A DNA stretch of 48,286 nt, from positions 1 to 48,286 of the forward strand of contig JANMRV010000232.1 in the NCBI GenBank assembly GCA_031388685.1, read 5' to 3'. A program made the position numbers and the translations under genes. Positions 36,545 to 45,840 of the stretch are shown in pieces; the first letter of the stretch is position 1; every line of letters begins with the position of its first letter. The stretch comes from Planctomycetota bacterium. GTDB lineage: Bacteria; Planctomycetota; UBA1135; GCA-002686595. Under the pieces are notes generated by a model. It was not told the origin of the DNA, searched no databases, and saw nothing but the letters and a program-made list of their open reading frames with translations.

Positions 36545-37579
36545 CTAATTCTTCACGCCGATCAGATGGAAGAAGGGGTCGAGGTCGACGGAGTAGCTCT
36601 TGACCATTTCGGCGCGCCACTGGATGAACTCGAAATCGTCGACGGGGTAGTCCTCGAGGCTCTTTTCGATCGCGGCCCCGTTGTCCTTCCAGTTGCCCGT
36701 GATCGCCGGCAGGAGCTTGTCGACGCGCAACATCAACTGCTTGCCATCGTCGGCCTTGAGCGGCCCGGCGACCTTGCCCACGGGCGTGTTGAAGGCGACG
36801 CGCGAAAGTTCGGCGTTTTCGTTGCGAATCACCGTGATGAGCGCGCCGCCAGGTTCCTTTTCGCGATAGCGATGCAGCTCCTTGGCGAGCGAATCGAAGT
36901 CGCGGCCGGCGGCGAGCCCGACGTTGAAAGCATCCATGGCCTGCTGGTCGGCAAGTTCGACCATGCGCACGACGCAGCGCTCGCGGCCGCAGGCCCATGT
37001 GCGCACGACGCGCTCGGCGATCAGTTGAGCGATCGCATCGCGGCGCAATTGGCGGCGGTAGTACTCGGTGTCGACGCCCAGCTCCGTCTGCAGGTGCTTG
37101 GCGATCGAGATTCCGCGGCCCTGGCGCTCGAGGCTGTCGCCCAACACTTTCCACGCGGCTTCGAGACGCTCGTCGACCCTGCTCTGCGAGACTGCGATCT
37201 CCTGACGCTCGGCTTCGAGCAGAGCCAGGCGTTCGACGACCAGACGATCGAGGACCTCGCGCGAGACATCGCTCGAGCGCAACCAGATGCGCGCGAGGAA
37301 CGAGCGAATGTCGATCGGTTCGCCGGAAACCAGAGCGATGGCGAGGTCCTGGTCAGCAGCCACAGGCGCGGGCGCGCCGGCAGGCGCCGCGGGCGCTTGG
37401 GACTGTTGGCCCTCGACAGCGCTCTCGGCGCGCAGCGCTTCGCGAGTCGACGCGTCGGCGAGTGCCGCGTGCCCTGCGCTGAGGTTCGAGCGCGTCGTGC
37501 CGGCGCAGCCCGCAAGCAGGACGCACGACAGGACGCCGGTCGCCAGTGCACCGCGGAAGGGGAATCGACTCGTTTGCAT
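36545..37579 (-). CDS. SurA/PrsA-like lipoprotein with degenerate parvulin-type PPIase domain
   Basis: Within track ORF 36545..37753. From the ATG at 37579 the protein starts MQTSRFPFRGALATGVLSCVLLAGC (lipobox). It has a SurA_N-like helical region (VLDRLVVERLALLEAERQEI) and a parvulin-like segment (VRMVEL...AGRDFDSLAKEL...PGGALITV...FNTPVGKVAGPLKADDGKQLMLRV). It lies 11 nt downstream of the preceding gene. Confidence 0.55.
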   Translation of the reverse strand: MQTSRFPFRGALATGVLSCVLLAGCAGTTRSNLSAGHAALADASTREALRAESAVEGQQSQAPAAPAGAPAPVAADQDLAIALVSGEPIDIRSFLARIWLRSSDVSREVLDRLVVERLALLEAERQEIAVSQSRVDERLEAAWKVLGDSLERQGRGISIAKHLQTELGVDTEYYRRQLRRDAIAQLIAERVVRTWACGRERCVVRMVELADQQAMDAFNVGLAAGRDFDSLAKELHRYREKEPGGALITVIRNENAELSRVAFNTPVGKVAGPLKADDGKQLMLRVDKLLPAITGNWKDNGAAIEKSLEDYPVDDFEFIQWRAEMVKSYSVDLDPFFHLIGVKN

Positions 37580-37590
37580 TGATTTTGCGC

Positions 37591-39171
37591 TCACCAGAAG
37601 TTCACGCGGCGGATACGGCCGACGCGGTGGCACGAGGGACAGTCGACGACGACCAGACCCGCACTGTTCGCGCCTTGCCCGGGCTGCTGGCCTCCCGTGT
37701 TGGAGCGAGCGCTGCCGGTGTTGATCATCTCGCGCGTGCCGGTGCCGCCGCAATCAGGGCAATTGGAAAGCTCTTCCTTGACGATCCGGAAGTCGCCGCC
37801 GTTCTCGGCATAGTGCGCAAGCAGCCACTGGGCGCGAGCATACGAAGTCCAGCTACGCCAGAAGACTTCCTGCTCGCTCTCTTCGCCTTCCTTCGCACCC
37901 GCGTCGGCTTTCTTCTTCGCCACCATCTGTTGATTGAGGAGGTAACGTTTGATCTTGTCCTCGATCTTGGCGCGCTCGGCTTCGGCTCCGGTCTTCGGTG
38001 CCTCGGCGGGCTTGGCCTGATCCTTGCCGTACTCCTTCAGCGCGGCAGCGTCACCGAGCAGCCACGTGCCTTGACCGTACGATGCGCGGCGGAATCGTCC
38101 GCGCTTGCGCTCTTCCCAGAGCTTCTTGATCTCCTCAGGCTTGACGCTCGCACCCACGGCACGCTGCAGGTCCGCGGTCACGGCGGCGAGCAGTTCGTCC
38201 TTGAGCTGCTCGGAGATGTAAGCCAGCGAACTCTCGAGCGTTGCGCCATCCGCTTTCGCCTGTTTGTCGGCAAGCCGCTCGGCCCACTTGTTCCATCGTT
38301 CCGTGACCATCTCACGCAGGGCCGCGAGGCGCGATTTCTCGACTTGCTTCTTCTTGCGATCGACCTCGGTCCTGAGGGTCGAGTCGGGCCACTTCTGAAG
38401 AAATGCTTCCAGATCCCTCAGCGCGGCATCGTATTGCCCGCGGGCGCGCTTCGAGTCGACTGCGTAGAGATAGTCGAGCTGCGCCTGATTCGCGGCCTTT
38501 TCTTGCACGCGCAGCAGGGTCGGCTTGAGCGATCCATTGTCGAAACCCGGATCGATCATGGCTGCAGCCTTGTAGTGTTCGAGCGCGCGCGAGAAGTCGA
38601 AGATGCGCTCGCAGTACTTGGCCAGGTCAAGCTCGCTCTGCGCGCTCTTGGGGTCGAGCTTGTCCGCCTCGGCGCGGTACAGTTCCTCGCGCGTGAACAC
38701 GTCTAGGGCAGGCACGACCACACTGGTCACCGCCCCGCTGATGCGTCGCTTGGGAACCGGAACCAATCGCTCGGCGGTCTTGACGAAGATCTCGAGCTCG
38801 GTGCGGCTGACGATGCGGCCGACGATCTCGGTGCCGTCGTCGAGTTGCAGCCGGTCGGCTTCGACGGTCAGTTCGTCGCCGGAGTGATCGACATAGCCAA
38901 ACTCCTCGAGCATCGCGCCCGACTGGGTCGGGTCGATCTGCTTCCAGGGCATGCGCACGATGCCGCCGTTGTCCAGGCGCTGGAACGAGAGCCGTTCGGA
39001 GTCGTGGCCGAAGATGCGGCCCCACAGGGATCCGCCATCGGCGAGCTTCAGCAACATGACTTCGCCGGTCGCGCCGGCATCGTTTTCGCCATCCTGAGCC
39101 TCGCACGGCGTAGCGAAAACACTGAGCACGATGGACAGGATCGCGCACGGAATGAATCGAATGGGCTGCAT
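37591..39171 (-). CDS. Secreted helical/TPR-like protein with C-terminal DnaJ-type CxxCxGxG zinc finger; function unknown
   Basis: Within track ORF 37591..39789. From the ATG at 39171 the protein starts MQPIRFIPCAILSIVLSVFATPCEA/QD (Sec signal). It has a Lys/Glu-rich helical body and the C-terminus NCPDCGGTG...(28 aa Gly/Gln/Ser linker)...DCPSCHRVGRIRRVNFW. Its start overlaps the upstream stop (TGATG). Confidence 0.7.
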   Translation of the reverse strand: MQPIRFIPCAILSIVLSVFATPCEAQDGENDAGATGEVMLLKLADGGSLWGRIFGHDSERLSFQRLDNGGIVRMPWKQIDPTQSGAMLEEFGYVDHSGDELTVEADRLQLDDGTEIVGRIVSRTELEIFVKTAERLVPVPKRRISGAVTSVVVPALDVFTREELYRAEADKLDPKSAQSELDLAKYCERIFDFSRALEHYKAAAMIDPGFDNGSLKPTLLRVQEKAANQAQLDYLYAVDSKRARGQYDAALRDLEAFLQKWPDSTLRTEVDRKKKQVEKSRLAALREMVTERWNKWAERLADKQAKADGATLESSLAYISEQLKDELLAAVTADLQRAVGASVKPEEIKKLWEERKRGRFRRASYGQGTWLLGDAAALKEYGKDQAKPAEAPKTGAEAERAKIEDKIKRYLLNQQMVAKKKADAGAKEGEESEQEVFWRSWTSYARAQWLLAHYAENGGDFRIVKEELSNCPDCGGTGTREMINTGSARSNTGGQQPGQGANSAGLVVVDCPSCHRVGRIRRVNFW

Positions 39172-39653
39172 CACTTCTTCTCCACGAACTGACGCCGCAG
39201 GCGCTCCGAGAACGGTATTTCGCGCAGGCACAACGTCGTGAACTTCTTCTGTTTGCTCTCGCCGGCGCTCTTCCACTTGACGGTGACGTCGACGCGGTAC
39301 TCGAGCGCGCCGCCAGGATAGTCCTTCTGTGAAGGATCCGCCGTCGCCTTGGCCGAATAGGTGATGTCCGGGTTGCCAAAGAGCGGCCGATCGATGATGT
39401 CGACCGGCAGTCCGACCTTCACGCTGGAGCCATCGGCTTCGAGCGGAAACATCTGCTCCTCGAGGTCGGCGACCACGGCTTCGACCGCGGACGCGCCGTC
39501 GTTGCGCAGCGCGGCCGTGCGCGTCAGGGCAGCGCCAAAGGACAACAAACCCAGCACACAGGTCATGCCCAGCAGGAAAAGGCCCATGGCGATGACGACC
39601 TCGATGATCGTGAAGCCGGCTTGCCGGCTCGCTGTGCGAAGCGCGAGTTTCAC
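39171..39653 (-). CDS. Minor pseudopilin, GspI-like (prepilin-type N-terminal motif)
   Basis: Within track ORF 39171..40637. The GTG at 39653 overlaps the upstream stop (GTGA). The N-terminus is VKLALRTASRQAG/FTIIEVVIAMGLFLLGM with Glu at +5. The protein is 160 aa. The I-type assignment is tentative. Confidence 0.75.
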   Translation of the reverse strand: MKLALRTASRQAGFTIIEVVIAMGLFLLGMTCVLGLLSFGAALTRTAALRNDGASAVEAVVADLEEQMFPLEADGSSVKVGLPVDIIDRPLFGNPDITYSAKATADPSQKDYPGGALEYRVDVTVKWKSAGESKQKKFTTLCLREIPFSERLRRQFVEKK

Positions 39654-40771
39654 AGGTCCCAATCCTCCTGCGAGAGCCGCACCGGAACTTCGCGCCTGTA
39701 GGTCTCGCCGAAGTGGATGCGCGCGCCGCGCTCGTGATTGGCGGCGCGGGTGCCGCGCATGCCGCGCTGCACGGAAACGTTGCGGCCACCGGGCGTGCTG
39801 AGCTTCAACCATTCGCCGTCGATCTTGACGAAGGACACCGACGTCGTCGGCAGGCGCTTTTCGTCGTCGACCAGCATCGTGTTGGCGCCGAGCGCCAAGA
39901 ACTCTGCAAGCCGCGTGCGCTTCTGCGCCTCCTTCGGCCGTTCGAATTCGAGTTCGATCTTCACGCGCCGCGGCAGCAGCGCGCGCTGCTTGGCCTTCGG
40001 CATGCCCGCGCCCGGTTCGTTCCACACGTGCAGCAGCGCGTCGGGCCGTTTCTTGCGCCAGGCGTCCCAGGAGAAACACGAATCGCTCAACTGATCGCCC
40101 GCATGCCAGCCATGGCTCAGCGTGGTCATCTGAGTCGCGAACTCGAAGCCCAGCCACAACACGCCGCCGCTGACTTCGCTCAGCGCACCGGGCGTCGGTT
40201 CGCCGCCCTTCGAGAAGAAGCGCTCGTCGAAGTAGGAGACTTCCTTGCCCGGCACACGCGGCGCATTCGGGTCGTCGCGCGGCGTGGCCAGGCGCTCGCC
40301 GCGCAGCACCAGGCCTTCCGAGCGGCGGTCCTGTTCCTGCTTGCCCTTGTAGGCGGGCACGACGGCCCAGGCGACTTCGATCAGGCCCTGCCCTTGATTC
40401 GGGTCCTTTGAGCGGAAACGCAGACGCGCCAGCTCGGCCTCGGAAGCGTGACGCACGAGCCGCAGCCTGGGCCACAACGCATCGCCGGCGCCGTCGCCAT
40501 CGGTGTCGAAGGAAATCCACTCGGCCACAAGGTCGCCGCGCGCGCCGCCGTCCATCTGGACCAGATCGTTGGCCAGCAATTCGCCGAGCGCCGAGGATTC
40601 CTCGACGCGCGCGCGGCGCGTTTCGCTCTTGTCCCACACGCCGATGAAACCGCGCATCACGGCGAATACGGAAACCATCAGGAGCGCGAGCAGGCCGACG
40701 GCGATGACCAGTTCGATCACGGTCAAGCCGCGCCGTGACGAGCGGGTCGCGCGGATCCGAGCAGCGCTCAT
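39650..40771 (-). CDS. Minor pseudopilin, GspJ-like (enlarged, 373 aa)
   Basis: Within track ORF 39650..42223. The ATG at 40771 overlaps the upstream stop (ATGA). The N-terminus is MSAARIRATRSSRRG/LTVIELVIAVGLLALLMVSVFAV with Glu at +5, followed by a J-like helix ...RRARVEESSALGELLANDLVQM. Confidence 0.75.
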   Translation of the reverse strand: MSAARIRATRSSRRGLTVIELVIAVGLLALLMVSVFAVMRGFIGVWDKSETRRARVEESSALGELLANDLVQMDGGARGDLVAEWISFDTDGDGAGDALWPRLRLVRHASEAELARLRFRSKDPNQGQGLIEVAWAVVPAYKGKQEQDRRSEGLVLRGERLATPRDDPNAPRVPGKEVSYFDERFFSKGGEPTPGALSEVSGGVLWLGFEFATQMTTLSHGWHAGDQLSDSCFSWDAWRKKRPDALLHVWNEPGAGMPKAKQRALLPRRVKIELEFERPKEAQKRTRLAEFLALGANTMLVDDEKRLPTTSVSFVKIDGEWLKLSTPGGRNVSVQRGMRGTRAANHERGARIHFGETYRREVPVRLSQEDWDL

Positions 40772-43700
40772 TCGTCGACCCTCCGCAACGTGAGACCGGG
40801 CCCGAGGTACTCGACGCCGAACTGCGTCAGGCGCGGTGTGCGCTTCCAGCCGTGCGAAAGTCCGTTCGTGAAATCGAACGCGTTCGGCGCATAGCGCACG
40901 TAGACGCGCCATTCGAGGGCGTCGCGTTGAATGCCGATCGTGCGACCCGCTCCGTCCTTCAACCCCTGCTCGATTCGCGCCAGATTTTTGCTCAGGTCCG
41001 TGGAAGGTTCGTCGTCCCAAGCTGTCAGCGGGTTGGAACGCTGCAGCACTTCGATCTTCGTGCCCGGCGGTTCGTCGGCCTGGAAAAACACGTCGCGCCA
41101 GAAAGCATTGGGTTGATCGATCGAGAATCCGAAGTAGGCCAGTTCCGGCGCATCGGCGCGATCGGCCCAGCGATCCCAGTAGCGGAACGGGAAGAGGATC
41201 ACGGGTTCTCCGGCGGAATGCGCCGACGGTGAGGTGCCGAAGCGTCCGCGGAAAAGGCCGCCGCCATTGTCGTCCATGGCGCCGGGCTTCGAAGATCCGC
41301 GCGGCATCTCGAGCTGCGTGCCGGCGAGGTGCGTGTAGTGGATCAATTCGCCGCCGATCAGGACCGTGCCTTGGCTCGGAAAATCCGTGGCGTCCTCGAG
41401 TTGAATGATCGCCGAGCCGGGGCTGAGCGAACCCGCCAGCGTGGTCACGATGCGCGATTCGAGCCAGGTCGCCGTCTCGCCGATCTCGTGCGTCTCCTCC
41501 GTCGTGCCCAGCAGTCCGCGGCCGCTGCTGGCGATCGTGATCAGTCCGCTGCTCGAGTCGATCGAGTCGTAGCACAGGATTTCCGATCCGATGCGCAGCA
41601 AGCCGGCGTCCTTGGGCAGGTCGTCCAGGAAGATGCGCGTGTCGCCGAGCAGGCCGCGCGCGACGCGGATCACCTTCGGAAACGTGTAGAATCCCGACGA
41701 GCCCGCGGCGAGAGGCAGGCTCACCGTCATCTGTGCCGCCTGCGCCGCCTCGGCGTGCACAGTGCCCTCGCCGAAGTGCGGATTGCCGAAGGCGATCTCG
41801 TCGACCACAGCCGAGGGCATTCCGGAACCGTTGAGCGCGCGGCCGATCTCGACCTGCGTCGCCTCGCGCAGCCGCTCGCCCGAAGGGAAGAGCGTCAGAC
41901 GTGCGCGCAACCGGGTCTCGAACGCGCTGACATTGGGCAGGGAGGTGCCGGCGGCGATCGGCGCGCGCAATGCGGCATTGGCGGCGACGAAGATGTCGTT
42001 CAGGTTGCCGATTCCGTACTCCACGGCGCGGATCGGGATGCCGGCGACGGGGGTCATCGTGTTCGCACCCGGGATCCAGTCCGCTTCCACGTACTCGCGC
42101 GGCCGGTAGGAGCGCTGCACTTCGAGCGGCCAGCCTGGATCGCTCGGCAGCGCATCGACGAGGAAGGCCGCGTCGCCGTGACCGGGCTGTCCGCTGTTGA
42201 CGTCGCCGCCTTCGACGCGCCACACGGCGTGGACCTTCGTGTTCTTCTTGTGCGCGTGCGAATACGTGCCGAACACGCCGCGGAATTGCAGCGCCGTGCG
42301 AGCAGCGCGCGTGACCGGCGCGGAAAGATCCTCATCGGTGCCGACGTAAGGCAGCCACTGCGCCGGCACGTATCCGGGCGGGTTCTGCGCCGGCGGCGCG
42401 GCGGGTGGCGCAAACGAACTTTGGGCGCCTCCCCCATTCGTGCCGGGCGGCGCGAAAGGCGGAGGCGGAGGCGGAACCGGAGGCTGACCGGTGCCGCGCG
42501 GCGCGCCGATCACGATCTCGCGGCAGTGGGCCAAGGCCACGGGATCCGAACGCACGAGCTGCGTCTGTTCGATGCGGTCGTAGCGCACCCACTCGGTCAA
42601 CTCGGCCGCGCCCAACTCGGTGATCTGCGCGAACTCCGAGCGGCCGATATTGTTTCCCTGCGCCACTTGCGGAACCAGGAACGCATTCGCGCTCGCGCCG
42701 GCGTTGATCGAAATCGGCAGGACGAAGATCTTGCGATCGAGCTCGGTGTCGGGATCGACGCCGCCGAAGGTGATCTGCCAGTCGAGGATGAAGGCGTGCG
42801 GGCGTGTGTCGTTGTTCTCGCTGGGCAGCGCCGCGCGGCGATCGATGTACAGGACGTCGTTGGTCCAATTCGTGTAGTGAACGACTTCCGTGCCCCAGAT
42901 CGGCGAGTTGTTCAGCGTCACCGCGATCGTGCCCGGCGGCTGGCCCTGCACCGTGGCTGGGCCCAACTGCATGAGCAGCGCGTATCCACCAGTCTTCTGG
43001 AACGCGGCCATCATCGTCGCGGTCGTCATTGGCGACGGATCCGCCGGCAGCAGCTTCAAGCCCGTGATCTGGCTGGTGTAGCCCTCCATGCCCAGTCCGA
43101 GCGGAAAGACGAAATTCTGAATGCTGATCGGCTCGCCGGGATTGTTGGTGCCGTTGGATTCGAGCCCTGAGACATAACCGACCGCGAAACGGCCGATGTC
43201 CTCGAACAACGTGCCCTCACCGAATGGCGCGTTGCCCGCGAGCGGCAGGCTGTAGCCGTAGAGTTCGACCGGCGTGCCGGTCACATGGTTCTCGTTGACG
43301 GTGCCCTTTGCCTCATTCGTTCCCGGCTCAACGGGATTCGTTTGGGGCAGGCTGAATCTGTTTCGCGCCAGTCTTCCGCCGAAGCCGGCGTCCACACCGG
43401 AAACTTCGTGTTGCGCGACGAAGGTCGTCGCGTTCTGGCGTTTGTACTCGATCAATTCGTTGCCGATACGCGCGACACCGCGGTCGGGAAAACCCTCGCC
43501 GCTCTCGACCGTGAAGACCAGCGCGTCGACGCCGAAGGTCGAAGTCAGACGCGTCAATCCCGGCGTGCGCACGCCCAGCGCGCGGCCGTCGATCGAAAGC
43601 GAAATCTGATCCGGGCGATTGCCGCGCACGTCGATTTCGATGTGGCTCCATGTGTCCTGCGCGAGCCCGGGCCCCGTTCCCGCGGCGAGTTCGAAGCGCG

Positions 43701-45840
43701 CTTCGCCGAATTCCTTCAGCACACTGGCCGGGTGATCGCCCGGTCCGTCGATCACGCGCAGCACGAGGTCGGGTCCTTCGATCCCAAGCCAGACTCGATC
43801 GGTGTCGAGCGCGCCCTTGCCGAAGTCGACGAAGGTTCCATCGCCGATCTGACGCGGCCGGATCCAGAAGGACGCGCTCAAGCCGCGCGCCAATCTGCCG
43901 GGGCCCGGCGACCACTGCACCTTCTTGTCGTCGGGCAGATACGTGATCGGCTCGTCGGGCAGGTAGCGGCCTTCGAGATCGCGGGTCTCGTTGTCGAAGT
44001 GCAGCATCCGGCCGCTCGTGAAGGCGGTCTCCTCCACGCGCGAAGGCATCAGTTGAATCCAGGCCGTTTCCTCGCGCGAAGCGAAGACGTGCTGCGGATT
44101 CGGTACCTCGTCGGCGGCGACGACCGTGCGTCCGGGAACGTAGGGCTGGTCCTTCCAGGTTCCAAAGTGCGCGAACAAACGCGACGGCGGGACGGACGGA
44201 CCGTCGAAGCGCGAAGTCGCGTTCGGACCGCTCGCCCACAACGGCGCGTCGCTGGTGAGGCGGATCGCTTCCTCGAAGTCCTCCTGGCGTGCCCAGAGGG
44301 TCAACAAATCGTCCTGCGGAATGATCACTGCGACTTCCTCGCGCACGCCGCTCGAGCGCAGCACCCCCGAGGGCGCATTGACCGCGGCACGCGCGTGCAT
44401 CGCGTAGACGTCTCGAGAGACGAACGAAAGCGGCATCGTGGAATACGAGAGGCGCTCGTCGTTCGCGTTGAGAGCGTTCGCATACAGCGCGAGCGCATCG
44501 TCAGCGTCGATCAGGTTGCCGGTGGCGCTGGCCAGCACAGCAGGCGTCACCGGTGCATCCTTGGGCAGCGACTCGATTCCGGCCGCGGGCAGCACGACAC
44601 GTCGCAGGAAGTCCTCGAGGCCGAGCAGCGGCCGCGATTCGATCGCGAGCACCGCGAGCTTGCCTGCCTCGTCGCGCGTGATCCGACTCGAGCGGTTGAT
44701 GATCTGCAGGTTCAAGAACAGCGCTTCGAGCACCTCGACCGGAGCCACATTGACATTGACCGGGCGGCGCGCGAGCGGCGCGATCGTCGCGCGATAGCCG
44801 AGGTAATCCATGCGCACGGGATTGAAGAGCTTGATGCCGTTCCCATCCTGCAGCGCGAGCACGATCCCGAACTCGATCGTGCGCCCGTCCGTGATCATGA
44901 CCGTCGTGCCCGGATTGAAATTGCGGCGCTCGTTCACGCGCACCAGGCAATCCTCGCCCGCCTTCAGCGCGTTGGTGATGCGCACAGCGCGTTGCCATTG
45001 CGGCCCGGCGCGCACGCCTCCGTACACCGAACCGCGCTGCTCGAGTGCCGCGCCGAAATCCTGTCCGAGAACGCCGCTCAACGCGAGCGGCGCACTGTCG
45101 CGCACCTGCTCGATCGCATCGAAGCTGCGCAGTCCCTTCGAAGCGTCGGCGATGCGCCACATCGGTATCGCGAACGCGCGCTGATCGACCACCGCGAGAT
45201 TGATCGAGTGATCGAGCGCCGGACTCGGGCCGCAGCCGGTCCAGTTGCCGTCCTTGTCGACGTTGGCCGTCAGACCGCGTGTCAGGCCGGCGAACTTGCC
45301 GTCCTCGATCGAGGTGTAGCGCACGAGTTCCGCCCCGACCCACAGGAAGCCCTCGGGCTCGAATCCGAAGGTCGAGAGCACGCCGATCGCTTTCGCCTTG
45401 CCCTTGAGCGGCTCGGCGAGACGCGTCACGCAGCCCAGCATGTTGGCGAACATCTGCGGCGGCGCGCTGCCGACATCGATGCGGCCGGCGACATCGAAGG
45501 CGTCGACGTCCCACATGACGGCGCGCGGGTCGTGGTTGTTCCAGAAGCCGGGCTCGAGCGTGCTCGTGACCGTGAGCTCGTCCTGATCGTCCCAATACGG
45601 CGTGGCGTCGCGCGCGGGATGCGAGCCGCCGAGGTTGGCGCGCGCGTGCTTGATGCCAGCGTCGAGCGCGAGCCTGGTCTGCACCTTGTCGGACAACTGC
45701 GTGCTGGCCTTCGAAGCGTTGCGCGCGGTCATCAGGAACGGCGCGCACAGGATCAAGAGCGCGATCAGCACGAACAGCACGCTCAGCACCGCGAAGCCGC
45801 GGCGATCTGCGTGCCCACGATTCCATGCGCGGTACTTCAT
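40768..45840 (-). CDS. Giant (1690 aa) GspK-like minor pseudopilin with about 1200-aa extension
   Basis: The N-terminus is MKYRAWNRGHADRRG/FAVLSVLFVLIALLIL, hydrophobic like a pilin but without Glu at +5, as in GspK/PilX. GspK-like segments are WDVDAFDVAGRIDVGSAPPQMFANMLG and RRPVNVNVAPVEVLEALFLNL...ITRDEAGKLAVLAIESRPLLGLEDFLRRV. A Pro-rich linker PVPPPPPPFAPPGTNGGG lies at about 42421-42480. ATGA overlaps occur at both ends. Confidence 0.75.
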   Translation of the reverse strand: MKYRAWNRGHADRRGFAVLSVLFVLIALLILCAPFLMTARNASKASTQLSDKVQTRLALDAGIKHARANLGGSHPARDATPYWDDQDELTVTSTLEPGFWNNHDPRAVMWDVDAFDVAGRIDVGSAPPQMFANMLGCVTRLAEPLKGKAKAIGVLSTFGFEPEGFLWVGAELVRYTSIEDGKFAGLTRGLTANVDKDGNWTGCGPSPALDHSINLAVVDQRAFAIPMWRIADASKGLRSFDAIEQVRDSAPLALSGVLGQDFGAALEQRGSVYGGVRAGPQWQRAVRITNALKAGEDCLVRVNERRNFNPGTTVMITDGRTIEFGIVLALQDGNGIKLFNPVRMDYLGYRATIAPLARRPVNVNVAPVEVLEALFLNLQIINRSSRITRDEAGKLAVLAIESRPLLGLEDFLRRVVLPAAGIESLPKDAPVTPAVLASATGNLIDADDALALYANALNANDERLSYSTMPLSFVSRDVYAMHARAAVNAPSGVLRSSGVREEVAVIIPQDDLLTLWARQEDFEEAIRLTSDAPLWASGPNATSRFDGPSVPPSRLFAHFGTWKDQPYVPGRTVVAADEVPNPQHVFASREETAWIQLMPSRVEETAFTSGRMLHFDNETRDLEGRYLPDEPITYLPDDKKVQWSPGPGRLARGLSASFWIRPRQIGDGTFVDFGKGALDTDRVWLGIEGPDLVLRVIDGPGDHPASVLKEFGEARFELAAGTGPGLAQDTWSHIEIDVRGNRPDQISLSIDGRALGVRTPGLTRLTSTFGVDALVFTVESGEGFPDRGVARIGNELIEYKRQNATTFVAQHEVSGVDAGFGGRLARNRFSLPQTNPVEPGTNEAKGTVNENHVTGTPVELYGYSLPLAGNAPFGEGTLFEDIGRFAVGYVSGLESNGTNNPGEPISIQNFVFPLGLGMEGYTSQITGLKLLPADPSPMTTATMMAAFQKTGGYALLMQLGPATVQGQPPGTIAVTLNNSPIWGTEVVHYTNWTNDVLYIDRRAALPSENNDTRPHAFILDWQITFGGVDPDTELDRKIFVLPISINAGASANAFLVPQVAQGNNIGRSEFAQITELGAAELTEWVRYDRIEQTQLVRSDPVALAHCREIVIGAPRGTGQPPVPPPPPPFAPPGTNGGGAQSSFAPPAAPPAQNPPGYVPAQWLPYVGTDEDLSAPVTRAARTALQFRGVFGTYSHAHKKNTKVHAVWRVEGGDVNSGQPGHGDAAFLVDALPSDPGWPLEVQRSYRPREYVEADWIPGANTMTPVAGIPIRAVEYGIGNLNDIFVAANAALRAPIAAGTSLPNVSAFETRLRARLTLFPSGERLREATQVEIGRALNGSGMPSAVVDEIAFGNPHFGEGTVHAEAAQAAQMTVSLPLAAGSSGFYTFPKVIRVARGLLGDTRIFLDDLPKDAGLLRIGSEILCYDSIDSSSGLITIASSGRGLLGTTEETHEIGETATWLESRIVTTLAGSLSPGSAIIQLEDATDFPSQGTVLIGGELIHYTHLAGTQLEMPRGSSKPGAMDDNGGGLFRGRFGTSPSAHSAGEPVILFPFRYWDRWADRADAPELAYFGFSIDQPNAFWRDVFFQADEPPGTKIEVLQRSNPLTAWDDEPSTDLSKNLARIEQGLKDGAGRTIGIQRDALEWRVYVRYAPNAFDFTNGLSHGWKRTPRLTQFGVEYLGPGLTLRRVDE

